64,000 nt of DNA from the human T2T-CHM13v2.0 reference genome, Homo sapiens. The position numbers were made by a program, and so were the translations under genes. Location: NCBI RefSeq assembly GCF_009914755.1, contig NC_060943.1. One strand, given 5' to 3'. Positions within the stretch are counted from its first letter, which is position 1. Every line of letters begins with the position of its first letter. Under the pieces are notes generated by a model. That model had not been told where the DNA came from. It did no database searches and was given only the letters and a program-made list of their open reading frames with translations. Below are positions 38,936 through 57,380 of this stretch, piece by piece.

Positions 38936-40337
38936 TAGTTGAATAAAGAAGACACCGGAGTTTGTTCTGTATCTTCTCCTTTCAAATTCTGTGCCATTTG
39001 AATTTTTTCCTATTCCTTTTATATATTTTTAATTGACAAATTGTACATATTTATCATGTACATATTGTTTTGAAATATGTATATACCGTAGAATGGCTAA
39101 ATCAAGATCATTAACATATGTATTACTTTACCTATTTTCCTTTTTTCGTTGTGTCTCTGCCAGGTTTCGGTATCAGAATGACTCTGACCTCATAGAATGA
39201 GTTAGAGAGCAGTTGCTCCTCCTCAATTGTGTGGAATAATTTCAGTAGGATTGGTGCCGGCTTTTCTTTACACATCTGGTAGGATTCGACTGTGAATCCG
39301 TCTAGTCTAAGGTTTTTTGTGCTGGTTGGTAGGTTTTGTATGACTAACTCAATTTTGGAACTCATCGTTGGTTTGTTCAGGGTTTCCATTTCTTCCTGGT
39401 TCAATCTTGAGAGGTTTTATGTTTCCAGGAATTTCTCTATTTCTTCTAGTTTTCTAGTTTGTGTGCATAGACGCATGTGGAATAGTCTCAGGGTTTCTTG
39501 TATATCTCTGGGTCAGTGGAAATGTCACCTTTGTCATTTCTGATTGTGTTTATTTGGATCTTGTCTTTTTTTCTTTATTAATCTAGCTAGTGGTCTTCCC
39601 ATGTTATTTATGCTTTCAAAAATATCAACTTTGTATGAATTAACAGCATTTGCCGTGACCTGGATGAGACCGGAGACTGTTATTCTAAGTGAAGTAAGTC
39701 AGGAATGGAAAACCAAACATCGTATGTTCTCACTGATATGTGGGAGCTAAGCTATGAGGACGCAAAGGCGTAAGAATGATACAATGGACTTTGGGGACTT
39801 AGGGGGACGAGTTGGCGGGGGCGAGGGATAAAATACAACAAGTAGGGTGTAGTGTATACTGCTCAGGTGATGGGTGCACCAAAATCACAAATCACCACTA
39901 AAGAGCTTATGTAACCACACACCACCTGTACCCCAATAATTTATGGAATAAATAATAAATAAATAATTTTTTTAAAAAATCAACTTTGGGTTTCATTGAT
40001 CTTTTGTATGGTTTTTTACGTCTCCATTTCATTCAGGTCAGCTCCGATGTTGGTTTTTTTTTTTCTTCTGCTAGCTTTGGGGTTGATTTGCTCTTGTTTT
40101 TCTAATTCCTCTAGGTGTGATGTTAGGCGGTTCATTTGAGATCTTTCTAGCTTCTTAGTGTAGCCCTTTAGCACTAGAAACTTCCTTTGAGCACTGTTCT
40201 AGCTGTGTCCCAGAGATTCTGGGATGTTGTATGTTTGTTTTCATTAGTTTCAGATAATTTTTTTATTTCTGCCTTAATTTCAGTCTTTACCCAAAAGTCA
40301 TTTGGAAGCAGGTTGTTTAATTTCCATGCCGACTCTA

Positions 40338-40517
<180 letters not shown>

Positions 40518-41649
40518 TTAAGTTTGCATTTAGATCTCTTCTCCTTTGACCACTTTTAATTTATCTTCACTTCTGATATGACATTTAATTTTTCATTCAT
40601 TTTCTGTCTATTATTGTTCCTTTTTTAACTTAAAAAAAATTCTGTACTTTATGAATTTCTGTTTCAAGGTGTTTTTCCCATCTCCAAATGCTTATTTGAA
40701 AATGTTTCCTTTCCTCTTGGTTCATTTCTTCTGGTGTGTGTGTGCGCGCGCCCGCGTGCATGTGTGTACTCGGGTCTCATTTTCTGCTTTCTTCCTGCAG
40801 TACTTCGTTTATGGGAGATGCACTTCGCTTTTCTTATTTTTTTAGTAGAGAGGGGGTTTCACTGGTTTAGCCAGAACAGTCTCGATCTCCTGACCTCGTG
40901 ATCCGCCCACCTCGGGCTCCCAAAGTGCTGGGATTCCAGGAGTGAGCCACCGCGCCCGGCCGTCCACTTTGCTTCTTGCAGAGGCTGATGGTTTGAGTAA
41001 TTTCCGAGATTCATAGCTCGAGCGCGCCCTGTTCTGTCTATGCAGTGAAGGGCAGCTTTTTGCATCCACGGCTTTTTGTTGGCAAGGAGGAATGTGCAGT
41101 GGCCAGATTTGTTTCTTCCCCTTTTGTTGCTGTTGTTGTTGTTGCTGCTGCTGTTATTGTTGTTGTTGTTGTATTTTATTTTGTAGCATCCTAAAGTGTC
41201 CCCTCCTTCTATTTCTTATCCTTATCCAGGTAGGGTGTAGAAAAGCTAACTTCAGGGGCAGGGGAGAGAGAGAAAGAGAGGAGGAGAAAATGAGAATGAA
41301 TGACAATACATGAACCCATGGGTCAACCTTTATTTCAAGGCAGCCCAAAAGGACGGCTCTCCCTTCTCTTTCACTCTCTTCTCTAGGTGTGAAGCTGATG
41401 CAGCACAGGCGAGCCCCAAAATTGAGGCTTAGCCCGGGGGGGTTCTTGGCTTCTCCTAGAAACTAATTCAAGAAGCCGGGCGCAGTGGCTCACGCCTGTA
41501 ATCCCAGCACTTTGGGAGGCTGAGGCGGATGGATCACTTGAGGTAAGGAGTTCGAGACCAGCCTGGCCAACATGGTGAAACCCCATCTCTACTAAATATA
41601 CAAAAATTACCCGGGCATGGGGACGGGTGCCTGTAATCCCAGCTGTTCA

Positions 41650-41772
<123 letters not shown>

Positions 41773-42492
41773 TCAAGGGCAGGCCGGTGGTTTTAGACGG
41801 CAACCTTTACCGAAGCCTCAGTGCACAGCCACAGCAGAGGGACACACACCTGTATCTTTTCTAAGACTGGGAGAATTTTACAATTGCTTGACTAATTGAA
41901 CAGTGCCTCGAGGATGTTACACTAGGTTATAAATAAATTCCTGCCGTGTTTAGCTGAGGCACGAACACAATGCCCACTGACAATTCCACTTTCCTCGAGG
42001 GCCATTCTTTATGAAAGGCTGTAGGAGTTCCACGACATTGTTGATTCCTGGATTCTCCAAGTCTCTAGAACTTGAGAACTACTTTTGTGTATTTTTTTAA
42101 CCTTTAAGTTCAGAGTTTCTAATGTCCGTTTTATACTACTATAAAATGGTACTATGTATTCTTTATTGATGGTACTATTTACACTTTATTTTATACAGAC
42201 TCTGGCTCCACAAAAAGGTTAAAAATTAGCCAGGTGCAGTGGTGCACATCTGCGGCCCCAGCTACTCAGGAGGCTGAGGCAGAAGGATTGCTTGAGCTCG
42301 GATGGTCAGGGCTGCAATGAGCTATGATCACACATCACATCAATGCACTCCAGCCTGGGCAACAGAGTGAGACCCTGTCTCTAAAAGAATAGAAGAGGCT
42401 GGGCGCGGTGGCTCACGCCTGTCATCCTACCACTTTGGGAGACCAAGGCGAGTGGATCATTTGAGGCCAGGTGTTCAAGACCAGCCTGGTCA

Positions 42493-42735
<243 letters not shown>

Positions 42736-42764
42736 TTATGTTTTGTCGTTATATTGGGAACGAT

Positions 42765-42885
42765 AAAAAAAATCCTTTTTTCCGACCCATGTGGACCAGG
42801 CTGGCCTCGAACTCGTGCCCTGGAACCCCCGCCTCCGTGAGGGCCCGACGGCAGGCGCAACCGGCCTGAGCCACAATGGCTCCGG
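42765..42885 (-). ncRNA. SNAR-A: snaR-A copy 6 (G37)
   Basis: Same as copy 1. Confidence 0.95.
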
Positions 42886-43174
42886 GTGTCGGGGCTGTCC
42901 TTTAGTCCCTTTGATCTTACGCAGGGTGAGGGAGCCAATCACCAGAGGCTCCCCCCTGTCGTCACCCAGTCCCCAGGGCCAGTGAGGGCCCTGCGTTCCA
43001 TGGCGCCCCCTGGAGGGAGGAAGGGGAACTGTATCTGAGAGTTCAGTATCTGACAATAAGGAAAAGGCATGGTAGATCAGATGGTGCCTAGTGTTCTGGG
43101 GAGAAGAAACAACGGGGTTGGGGAATGCGGAGTTGCAGTTTATAATACAGGCCTCATGTATAAGGCAGACCTCA

Positions 43175-43579
<405 letters not shown>

Positions 43580-44712
43580 TTAAGTTTGCATTTAGATCTC
43601 TTCTCCTTTGACCACTTTTAATTTATCTTCACTTCTGATATGACATTTAATTTTTCATTCATTTTCTGTCTATTATTGTTCGTTTTTTAACTTAAAAAAA
43701 AATTCTGTACTTTATGAATTTCTGTTTCAAGGTGTTTTTCCCATCTCCAAATGCTTATTTGGAAATGTTTCCTTTCCTCTTGGTTCATTTCTTCTGGTGT
43801 GTGTGTGCGCGCGCCCGCGTGCATGTGTGTACTCGGGTCTCATTTTCTGCTTTCTTCCTGCAGTACCTCGTTTATGGGAGATGCACTTCGCTTTTCTTAT
43901 TTTTTTAGTAGAGAGGGGGTTTCACTGGTTTAGCCAGAACAGTCTCGATCTCCTGACCTTGTGATCCGCCCACCTCGGGCTCCCAAAGTGCTGGGATTCC
44001 AGGAGTAAGCCACCGTGCCCGGCCGTCCACTTTGCTTCTTGCAGAGGCTGATGGTTTGAGTAATTTCCGAGATTCATAGCTCGAGCGCGCCCTGTTCTGT
44101 CTATGCAGTGAAGGGCAGCTTTTTGCATCCACGGCTTTTTGTTGGCAAGGAGGAATGTGCAGTGGCCAGATTTGTTTCTTCCCCTTTTGTTGCTGTTGTT
44201 GTTGTTGCTGCTGCTGTTATTGTTGTTGTTGTTGTATTTTATTTTGTAGCATCCTAAAGTGTCCCCTCCTTCTATTTCTTATCCTTATCCAGGTAGGGTT
44301 TAGAAAAGCTAACTTCAGGGGCAGGGGAGAGAGAGAAAGAGAGGAGGAGAAAATGAGAATGAATGACAATACATGAACCCATGGGTCAACCTTTATTTCA
44401 AGGCAGCCCAAAAGGACGGCTCTCCCTTCTCTTTCACTCTCTTCTCTAGGTGTGAAGCTGATGCAGCACAGGCGAGCCCCAAAATTGAGGCTTAGCCCGG
44501 GGGGGTTCTTGGCTTCTCCTAGAAACTAATTCAAGAAGCCGGGCGCAGTGGCTCACGCCTGTAATCCCAGCACTTTGGGAGGCTGAGGCGGATGGATCAC
44601 TTGAGGTAAGGAGTTCGAGACCAGCCTGGCCAACATGGTGAAACCCCATCTCTACTAAATATACAAAAATTACCCGGGCATGGGGACGGGTGCCTGTAAT
44701 CCCAGCTGTTCA

Positions 44713-44835
<123 letters not shown>

Positions 44836-45555
44836 TCAAGGGCAGGCCGGTGGTTTTAGACGGCAACCTTTACCGAAGCCTCAGTGCACAGCCACAGCAG
44901 AGGGACACACACCTGTATCTTTTCTAAGACTGGGAGAATTTTACAATTGCTTGACTAATTGAACAGTGCCTCGAGGATGTTACACTAGGTTATAAATAAA
45001 TTCCTGCCGTGTTTAGCTGAGGCACGAACACAATGCCCACTGACAATTCCACTTTCCTCGAGGGCCATTCTTTATGAAAGGCTGTAGGAGTTCCACGACA
45101 TTGTTGATTCCTGGATTCTCCAAGTCTCTAGAACTTGAGAACTACTTTTGTGTATTTTTTTAACCTTTAAGTTCAGAGTTTCTAATGTCCGTTTTATACT
45201 ACTATAAAATGGTACTATGTATTCTTTATTGATGGTACTATTTACACTTTATTTTATACAGACTCTGGCTCCACAAAAAGGTTAAAAATTAGCCAGGTGC
45301 AGTGGTGCACATCTGCGGCCCCAGCTACTCAGGAGGCTGAGGCAGAAGGATTGCTTGAGCTCGGATGGTCAGGGCTGCAATGAGCTATGATCACACATCA
45401 CATCAATGCACTCCAGCCTGGGCAACGGAGTGAGACCCTGTCTCTAAAAGAATAGAAGAGGCTGGGCGCGGTGGCTCACGCCTGTCATCCTACCACTTTG
45501 GGAGACCAAGGCGAGTGGATCATTTGAGGCCAGGTGTTCAAGACCAGCCTGGTCA

Positions 45556-45759
<204 letters not shown>

Positions 45760-45828
45760 TTAGGAAGATGTCATTTCTTCCTATCAAGGCGTCCTCCCTT
45801 TATGTTTTGTCGTTATATTGGGAACGAT

Positions 45829-45949
45829 AAAAAAAATCCTTTTTTCCGACCCATGTGGACCAGGCTGGCCTCGAACTCGTGCCCTGGAACCCCCGCCTCC
45901 GTGAGGGCCCGAGGGCAGGCGCAACCGGCCTGAGCCACAATGGCTCCGG
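45829..45949 (-). ncRNA. SNAR-A: snaR-A copy 7 (C37)
   Basis: Same as copy 3. Confidence 0.95.
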
Positions 45950-46238
45950 GTGTCGGGGCTGTCCTTTAGTCCCTTTGATCTTACGCAGGGTGAGGGAGCC
46001 AATCACCAGAGGCTCCCCCCTGTCGTCACCCAGTCCCCAGGGCCAGTGAGGGCCCTGCGTTCCATGGCGCCCCCTGGAGGGAGGAAGGGGAACTGTATCT
46101 GAGAGTTCAGTATCTGACAATAAGGAAAAGGCATGGTAGATCAGATGGTGCCTAGTGTTCTGGGGAGAAGAAACAACGGGGTTGGGGAATGCGGAGTTGC
46201 AGTTTATAATACAGGCCTCATGTATAAGGCAGACCTCA

Positions 46239-46646
<408 letters not shown>

Positions 46647-47779
46647 TTAAGTTTGCATTTAGATCTCTTCTCCTTTGACCACTTTTAATTTATCTTCACT
46701 TCTGATATGACATTTAATTTTTCATTCATTTTCTGTCTATTATTGTTCGTTTTTTAACTTAAAAAAAAATTCTGTACTTTATGAATTTCTGTTTCAAGGT
46801 GTTTTTCCCATCTCCAAATGCTTATTTGGAAATGTTTCCTTTCCTCTTGGTTCATTTCTTCTGGTGTGTGTGTGCGCGCGCCCGCGTGCATGTGTGTACT
46901 CGGGTCTCATTTTCTGCTTTCTTCCTGCAGTACCTCGTTTATGGGAGATGCACTTCGCTTTTCTTATTTTTTTAGTAGAGAGGGGGTTTCACTGGTTTAG
47001 CCAGAACAGTCTCGATCTCCTGACCTCGTGATCCGCCCACCTCGGGCTCCCAAAGTGCTGGGATTCCAGGAGTGAGCCACCGTGCCCGGCCGTCCACTTT
47101 GCTTCTTGCAGAGGCTGATGGTTTGAGTAATTTCCGAGATTCATAGCTCGAGCGCGCCCTGTTCTGTCTATGCAGTGAAGGGCAGCTTTTTGCATCCGCG
47201 GCTTTTTGTTGGCAAGGAGGAATGTGCAGTGGCCAGATTTGTTTCTTCCCCTTTTGTTGCTGTTGTTGTTGTTGCTGCTGCTGTTATTGTTGTTGTTGTT
47301 GTATTTTATTTTGTAGCATCCTAAAGTGTCCCCTCCTTCTATTTCTTATCCTTATCCAGGTAGGGTTTAGAAAAGCTAACTTCAGGGGCAGGGGAGAGAG
47401 AGAAAGAGAGGAAGAGAAAATGAGAATGAATGACAATACATGAACCCATGGGTCAACCTTTATTTCAAGGCAGCCCAAAAGGACGGCTCTCCCTTCTCTT
47501 TCACTCTCTTCTCTAGGTGTGAAGCTGATGCAGCACAGGCGAGCCCCAAAATTGAGGCTTAGCCCGGGGGGGTTCTTGGCTTCTCCTAGAAACTAATTCA
47601 AGAAGCCGGGCGCAGTGGCTCACGCCTGTAATCCCAGCACTTTGGGAGGCTGAGGCGGATGGATCACTTGAGGTAAGGAGTTCGAGACCAGCCTGGCCAA
47701 CATGGTGAAACCCCATCTCTACTAAATATACAAAAATTACCCGGGCATGGGGACGGGTGCCTGTAATCCCAGCTGTTCA

Positions 47780-47902
<123 letters not shown>

Positions 47903-48622
47903 TCAAGGGCAGGCCGGTGGTTTTAGACGGCAACCTTTACCGAAGCCTCAGTGCACAGCCACAGCAGAGGGACACACACCTGTATCTTTTCTAAGACTGG
48001 GAGAATTTTACAATTGCTTGACTAATTGAACAGTGCCTCGAGGATGTTACACTAGGTTATAAATAAATTCCTGCCGTGTTTAGCTGAGGCACGAACACAA
48101 TGCCCACTGACAATTCCACTTTCCTCGAGGGCCATTCTTTATGAAAGGCTGTAGGAGTTCCACGACATTGTTGATTCCTGGATTCTCCAAGTCTCTAGAA
48201 CTTGAGAACTACTTTTGTGTATTTTTTTAACCTTTAAGTTCAGAGTTTCTAATGTCCGTTTTATACTACTATAAAATGGTACTATGTATTCTTTATTGAT
48301 GGTACTATTTACACTTTATTTTATACAGACTCTGGCTCCACAAAAAGGTTAAAAATTAGCCAGGTGCAGTGGTGCACATCTGCGGCCGCAGCTACTCAGG
48401 AGGCTGAGGCAGAAGGATTGCTTGAGCTCGGATGGTCAGGGCTGCAATGAGCTATGATCACACATCACATCAATGCACTCCAGCCTGGGCAACGGAGTGA
48501 GACCCTGTCTCTAAAAGAATAGAAGAGGCTGGGCGCGGTGGCTCACGCCTGTCATCCTACCACTTTGGGAGACCAAGGCGAGTGGATCATTTGAGGCCAG
48601 GTGTTCAAGACCAGCCTGGTCA

Positions 48623-48865
<243 letters not shown>

Positions 48866-48894
48866 TTATGTTTTGTCGTTATATTGGGAACGAT

Positions 48895-49015
48895 AAAAAA
48901 AATCCTTTTTTCCGACCCATGTGGACCAGGCTGGCCTCGAACTCGTGCCCTGGAACCCCCGCCTCCGTGAGGGCCCGAGGGCAGGCGCAACCGGCCTGAG
49001 CCACAATGGCTCCGG
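48895..49015 (-). ncRNA. SNAR-A: snaR-A copy 8 (C37)
   Basis: Same as copy 3. Confidence 0.95.
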
Positions 49016-50090
49016 GTGTCGGGGCTGTCCTTTAGTCCCTTTGATCTTACGCAGGGTGAGGGAGCCAATCACCAGAGGCTCCCCCCTGTCGTCACCCAGT
49101 CCCCAGGGCCAGTGAGGGCCCTGCGTTCCATGGCGCCCCCTGGAGGGAGGAAGGGGAACTGTATCTGAGAGTTCAGTATCTGACAATAAGGAAAAGGCAT
49201 AGTAGATCAGATGGTGCCTAGTGTTCTGGGGAGAAGAAACAACGGGGTTGGGGAATGCGGAGTTGCAGTTTATAATACAGGCCTCATGTATAAGGCAGAC
49301 CTCATGGGGAAGGTAACATCTGTGCAGAGAAATGGAGATGAGGGCTAGGAGCCATGCAAATACTGGAACATGCTTGCCAGCAGAAGTCGAGAAACATGGC
49401 CGGCGCAGTGGCCCACACCTGTAATCCCAGGACTTTGGGAGGCCGAGGCAGGTAGATCACGAGGTCAGCAGTTCGAGACCAGCCCGGCCAACATGGTGAA
49501 ACCCTGTCTCTACTAAAAATACAAAAATTAGCTGGGTGTGGTGGCACACGCCTGTAATCCCAGCCACTTGGGAGGGTGAGGTAGGAGAATCGCTTGAACC
49601 TGGGAGGTAGAGGTTGCAGTGATGCAGTGAGCCGAGACCACGCCATTGTACTCTCGCCTGGGCGACAGAGCGAGACTCCATCTGAAAAAAAAAAAAAAAA
49701 AAAAAAAAAAAGCAAAAACAAACAGGTGAGATTCATTTTGATAAAATAGCTGATTTAACCTAATATACCTAAAACATCATAATTTTAACATAATCAATAG
49801 AAACATTTTTGCAAGATTTTATGTTATTTTTTACCATACGACGTCTTGGAAATCTTGGTTTGGACCAGCCATGTTCAACTGCTCAGTAGCCATGTGTGGC
49901 CAGAGGCGGCCGTATTGGACAGTGCAGATGGTGCATGAGGGTGTTCGGGCAGTGGGAACAGCCAGTACAGAGGCCCTGTGGGGGCACATGCCTGCTGCTA
50001 CGGGAACAGTGAGGAGCCCCGTGTGGCTGCAGTGGAGTGAGAGGGAGAAGGTGGGAGATGTAACCAACAGTCTCATCATTCATTCATTAA

Positions 50091-50411
<321 letters not shown>

Positions 50412-51813
50412 TAGTTGAATAAAGAAGACACCGGAGTTTGTTCTGTATCTTCTCCTTTCAAATTCTGTGCCATTTGAATTTTTTCCTATTCCTTTTATAT
50501 ATTTTTAATTGACAAATTGTACATATTTATCATGTACATATTGTTTTGAAATATGTATATACCGTAGAATGGCTAAATCAAGATCATTAACATATGTATT
50601 ACTTTACCTATTTTCCTTTTTTCGTTGTGTCTCTGCCAGGTTTCGGTATCAGAATGACTCTGACCTCATAGAATGAGTTAGAGAGCAGTTGCTCCTCCTC
50701 AATTGTGTGGAATAATTTCAGTAGGATTGGTGCCGGCTTTTCTTTACACATCTGGTAGGATTCGACTGTGAATCCGTCTAGTCTAAGGTTTTTTGTGCTG
50801 GTTGGTAGGTTTTGTATGACTAACTCAATTTTGGAACTCATCGTTGGTTTGTTCAGGGTTTCCATTTCTTCCTGGTTCAATCTTGAGAGGTTTTATGTTT
50901 CCAGGAATTTCTCTATTTCTTCTAGTTTTCTAGTTTGTGTGCATAGACGCATGTGGAATAGTCTCAGGGTTTCTTGTATATCTCTGGGTCAGTGGAAATG
51001 TCACCTTTGTCATTTCTGATTGTGTTTATTTGGATCTTGTCTTTTTTTCTTTATTAATCTAGCTAGTGGTCTTCCCATGTTATTTATGCTTTCAAAAATA
51101 TCAACTTTGTATGAATTAACAGCATTTGCCGTGACCTGGATGAGACCGGAGACTGTTATTCTAAGTGAAGTAAGTCAGGAATGGAAAACCAAACATCGTA
51201 TGTTCTCACTGATATGTGGGAGCTAAGCTATGAGGACGCAAAGGCGTAAGAATGATACAATGGACTTTGGGGACTTAGGGGGACGAGTTGGCGGGGGCGA
51301 GGGATAAAATACAACAAGTAGGGTGTAGTGTATACTGCTCAGGTGATGGGTGCACCAAAATCACAAATCACCACTAAAGAGCTTATGTAACCACACACCA
51401 CCTGTACCCCAATAATTTATGGAATAAATAATAAATAAATAATTTTTTTAAAAAATCAACTTTGGGTTTCATTGATCTTTTGTATGGTTTTTTACGTCTC
51501 CATTTCATTCAGGTCAGCTCCGATGTTGGTTTTTTTTTTTCTTCTGCTAGCTTTGGGGTTGATTTGCTCTTGTTTTTCTAATTCCTCTAGGTGTGATGTT
51601 AGGCGGTTCATTTGAGATCTTTCTAGCTTCTTAGTGTAGCCCTTTAGCACTAGAAACTTCCTTTGAGCACTGTTCTAGCTGTGTCCCAGAGATTCTGGGA
51701 TGTTGTATGTTTGTTTTCATTAGTTTCAGATAATTTTTTTATTTCTGCCTTAATTTCAGTCTTTACCCAAAAGTCATTTGGAAGCAGGTTGTTTAATTTC
51801 CATGCCGACTCTA

Positions 51814-52035
<222 letters not shown>

Positions 52036-53125
52036 TTATCTTCACTTCTGATATGACATTTAATTTTTCATTCATTTTCTGTCTATTATTGTTCCTTTTT
52101 TAACTTAAAAAAAAATTCTGTACTTTATGAATTTCTGTTTCAAGGTGTTTTTCCCATCTCCAAATGCTTATTTGAAAATGTTTCCTTTCCTCTTGGTTCA
52201 TTTCTTCTGGTGTGTGTGTGCGCGCGCCGGCGTGCATGTGTGTACTCGGGTCTCATTTTCTGCTTTCTTCCTGCAGTACCTCGTTTATGGGAGATGCACT
52301 TCGCTTTTCTTATTTTTTTAGTAGAGAGGGGGTTTCACTGGTTTAGCCAGAACAGTCTCGATCTCCTGACCTCGTGATCCGCCCACCTCGGGCTCCCAAA
52401 GTGCTGGGATTCCAGGAGTGAGCCACCGCGCCCGGCCGTCCACTTTGCTTCTTGCAGAGGCTGATGGTTTGAGTAATTTCCGAGATTCATAGCTCGAGCG
52501 CGCCCTGTTCTGTCTATGCAGTGAAGGGCAGCTTTTTGCATCCACGGCTTTTTGTTGGCAAGGAGGAATGTGCAGTGGCCAGATTTGTTTCTTCCCCTTT
52601 TGTTGCTGTTGTTGTTGTTGCTGCTGCTGTTATTGTTGTTGTTGTTGTATTTTATTTTGTAGCATCCTAAAGTGTCCCCTCCTTCTATTTCTTATCCTTA
52701 TCCAGGTAGGGTTTAGAAAAGCTAACTTCAGGGGCAGGGGAGAGAGAGAAAGAGAGGAGGAGAAAATGAGAATGAATGACAATACATGAACCCATGGGTC
52801 AACCTTTATTTCAAGGCAGCCCAAAAGGACGGCTCTCCCTTCTCTTTCACTCTCTTCTCTAGGTGTGAAGCTGATGCAGCACAGGCGAGCCCCAAAATTG
52901 AGGCTTAGCCCGGGGGGGTTCTTGGCTTCTCCTAGAAACTAATTCAAGAAGCCGGGCGCAGTGGCTCACGCCTGTAATCCCAGCACTTTGGGAGGCTGAG
53001 GCGGATGGATCACTTGAGGTAAGGAGTTCGAGACCAGCCTGGCCAACATGGTGAAACCCCATCTCTACTAAATATACAAAAATTACCCGGGCATGGGGAC
53101 GGGTGCCTGTAATCCCAGCTGTTCA

Positions 53126-53248
<123 letters not shown>

Positions 53249-53968
53249 TCAAGGGCAGGCCGGTGGTTTTAGACGGCAACCTTTACCGAAGCCTCAGTGC
53301 ACAGCCACAGCAGAGGGACACACACCTGTATCTTTTCTAAGACTGGGAGAATTTTACAATTGCTTGACTAATTGAACAGTGCCTCGAGGATGTTACACTA
53401 GGTTATAAATAAATTCCTGCCGTGTTTAGCTGAGGCACGAACACAATGCCCACTGACAATTCCACTTTCCTCGAGGGCCATTCTTTATGAAAGGCTGTAG
53501 GAGTTCCACGACATTGTTGATTCCTGGATTCTCCAAGTCTCTAGAACTTGAGAACTACTTTTGTGTATTTTTTTAACCTTTAAGTTCAGAGTTTCTAATG
53601 TCCGTTTTATACTACTATAAAATGGTACTATGTATTCTTTATTGATGGTACTATTTACACTTTATTTTATACAGACTCTGGCTCCACAAAAAGGTTAAAA
53701 ATTAGCCAGGTGCAGTGGTGCACATCTGCGGCCCCAGCTACTCAGGAGGCTGAGGCAGAAGGATTGCTTGAGCTCGGATGGTCAGGGCTGCAATGAGCTA
53801 TGATCACACATCACATCAATGCACTCCAGCCTGGGCAACAGAGTGAGACCCTGTCTCTAAAAGAATAGAAGAGGCTGGGCGCGGTGGCTCACGCCTGTCA
53901 TCCTACCACTTTGGGAGACCAAGGCGAGTGGATCATTTGAGGCCAGGTGTTCAAGACCAGCCTGGTCA

Positions 53969-54211
<243 letters not shown>

Positions 54212-54240
54212 TTATGTTTTGTCGTTATATTGGGAACGAT

Positions 54241-54361
54241 AAAAAAAATCCTTTTTTCCGACCCATGTGGACCAGGCTGGCCTCGAACTCGTGCCCTGGA
54301 ACCCCCGCCTCCGTGAGGGCCCGAGGGCAGGCGCAACCGGCCTGAGCCACAATGGCTCCGG
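54241..54361 (-). ncRNA. SNAR-A: snaR-A copy 9 (C37)
   Basis: Same as copy 3. Confidence 0.95.
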
Positions 54362-55435
54362 GTGTCGGGGCTGTCCTTTAGTCCCTTTGATCTTACGCAG
54401 GGTGAGGGAGCCAATCACCAGAGGCTCCCCCCTGTCGTCACCCAGTCCCCAGGGCCAGTGAGGGCCCTGCGTTCCATGGCGCCCCCTGGAGGGAGGAAGG
54501 GGAACTGTATCTGAGAGTTCAGTATCTGACAATAAGGAAAAGGCATAGTAGATCAGATGGTGCCTAGTGTTCTGGGGAGAAGAAACAACGGGGTTGGGGA
54601 ATGCGGAGTTGCAGTTTATAATACAGGCCTCATGTATAAGGCAGACCTCATGGGGAAGGTAACATCTGTGCAGAGAAATGGAGATGAGGGCTAGGAGCCA
54701 TGCAAATACTGGAACATGCTTGCCAGCAGAAGTCGAGAAACATGGCCGGCGCAGTGGCCCACACCTGTAATCCCAGGACTTTGGGAGGCCGAGGCAGGTA
54801 GATCACGAGGTCAGCAGTTCGAGACCAGCCCGGCCAACATGGTGAAACCCTGTCTCTACTAAAAATACAAAAATTAGCTGGGTGTGGTGGCACACGCCTG
54901 TAATCCCAGCCACTTGGGAGGGTGAGGTAGGAGAATCGCTTGAACCTGGGAGGTAGAGGTTGCAGTGATGCAGTGAGCCGAGACCACGCCATTGTACTCT
55001 CGCCTGGGCGACAGAGCGAGACTCCATCTGAAAAAAAAAAAAAAAAAAAAAAAAAAGCAAAAACAAACAGGTGAGATTCATTTTGATAAAATAGCTGATT
55101 TAACCTAATATACCTAAAACATCATAATTTTAACATAATCAATAGAAACATTTTTGCAAGATTTTATGTTATTTTTTACCATACGACGTCTTGGAAATCT
55201 TGGTTTGGACCAGCCATGTTCAACTGCTCAGTAGCCATGTGTGGCCAGAGGCGGCCGTATTGGACAGTGCAGATGGTGCATGAGGGTGTTCGGGCAGTGG
55301 GAACAGCCAGTACAGAGGCCCTGTGGGGGCACATGCCTGCTGCTACGGGAACAGTGAGGAGCCCCGTGTGGCTGCAGTGGAGTGAGAGGGAGAAGGTGGG
55401 AGATGTAACCAACAGTCTCATCATTCATTCATTAA

Positions 55436-55756
<321 letters not shown>

Positions 55757-57158
55757 TAGTTGAATAAAGAAGACACCGGAGTTTGTTCTGTATCTTCTCC
55801 TTTCAAATTCTGTGCCATTTGAATTTTTTCCTATTCCTTTTATATATTTTTAATTGACAAATTGTACATATTTATCATGTACATATTGTTTTGAAATATG
55901 TATATACCGTAGAATGGCTAAATCAAGATCATTAACATATGTATTACTTTACCTATTTTCCTTTTTTCGTTGTGTCTCTGCCAGGTTTCGGTATCAGAAT
56001 GACTCTGACCTCATAGAATGAGTTAGAGAGCAGTTGCTCCTCCTCAATTGTGTGGAATAATTTCAGTAGGATTGGTGCCGGCTTTTCTTTACACATCTGG
56101 TAGGATTCGACTGTGAATCCGTCTAGTCTAAGGTTTTTTGTGCTGGTTGGTAGGTTTTGTATGACTAACTCAATTTTGGAACTCATCGTTGGTTTGTTCA
56201 GGGTTTCCATTTCTTCCTGGTTCAATCTTGAGAGGTTTTATGTTTCCAGGAATTTCTCTATTTCTTCTAGTTTTCTAGTTTGTGTGCATAGACGCATGTG
56301 GAATAGTCTCAGGGTTTCTTGTATATCTCTGGGTCAGTGGAAATGTCACCTTTGTCATTTCTGATTGTGTTTATTTGGATCTTGTCTTTTTTTCTTTATT
56401 AATCTAGCTAGTGGTCTTCCCATGTTATTTATGCTTTCAAAAATATCAACTTTGTATGAATTAACAGCATTTGCCGTGACCTGGATGAGACCGGAGACTG
56501 TTATTCTAAGTGAAGTAAGTCAGGAATGGAAAACCAAACATCGTATGTTCTCACTGATATGTGGGAGCTAAGCTATGAGGACGCAAAGGCGTAAGAATGA
56601 TACAATGGACTTTGGGGACTTAGGGGGACGAGTTGGCGGGGGCGAGGGATAAAATACAACAAGTAGGGTGTAGTGTATACTGCTCAGGTGATGGGTGCAC
56701 CAAAATCACAAATCACCACTAAAGAGCTTATGTAACCACACACCACCTGTACCCCAATAATTTATGGAATAAATAATAAATAAATAATTTTTTTAAAAAA
56801 TCAACTTTGGGTTTCATTGATCTTTTGTATGGTTTTTTACGTCTCCATTTCATTCAGGTCAGCTCCGATGTTGGTTTTTTTTTTTCTTCTGCTAGCTTTG
56901 GGGTTGATTTGCTCTTGTTTTTCTAATTCCTCTAGGTGTGATGTTAGGCGGTTCATTTGAGATCTTTCTAGCTTCTTAGTGTAGCCCTTTAGCACTAGAA
57001 ACTTCCTTTGAGCACTGTTCTAGCTGTGTCCCAGAGATTCTGGGATGTTGTATGTTTGTTTTCATTAGTTTCAGATAATTTTTTTATTTCTGCCTTAATT
57101 TCAGTCTTTACCCAAAAGTCATTTGGAAGCAGGTTGTTTAATTTCCATGCCGACTCTA

Positions 57159-57380
<222 letters not shown>
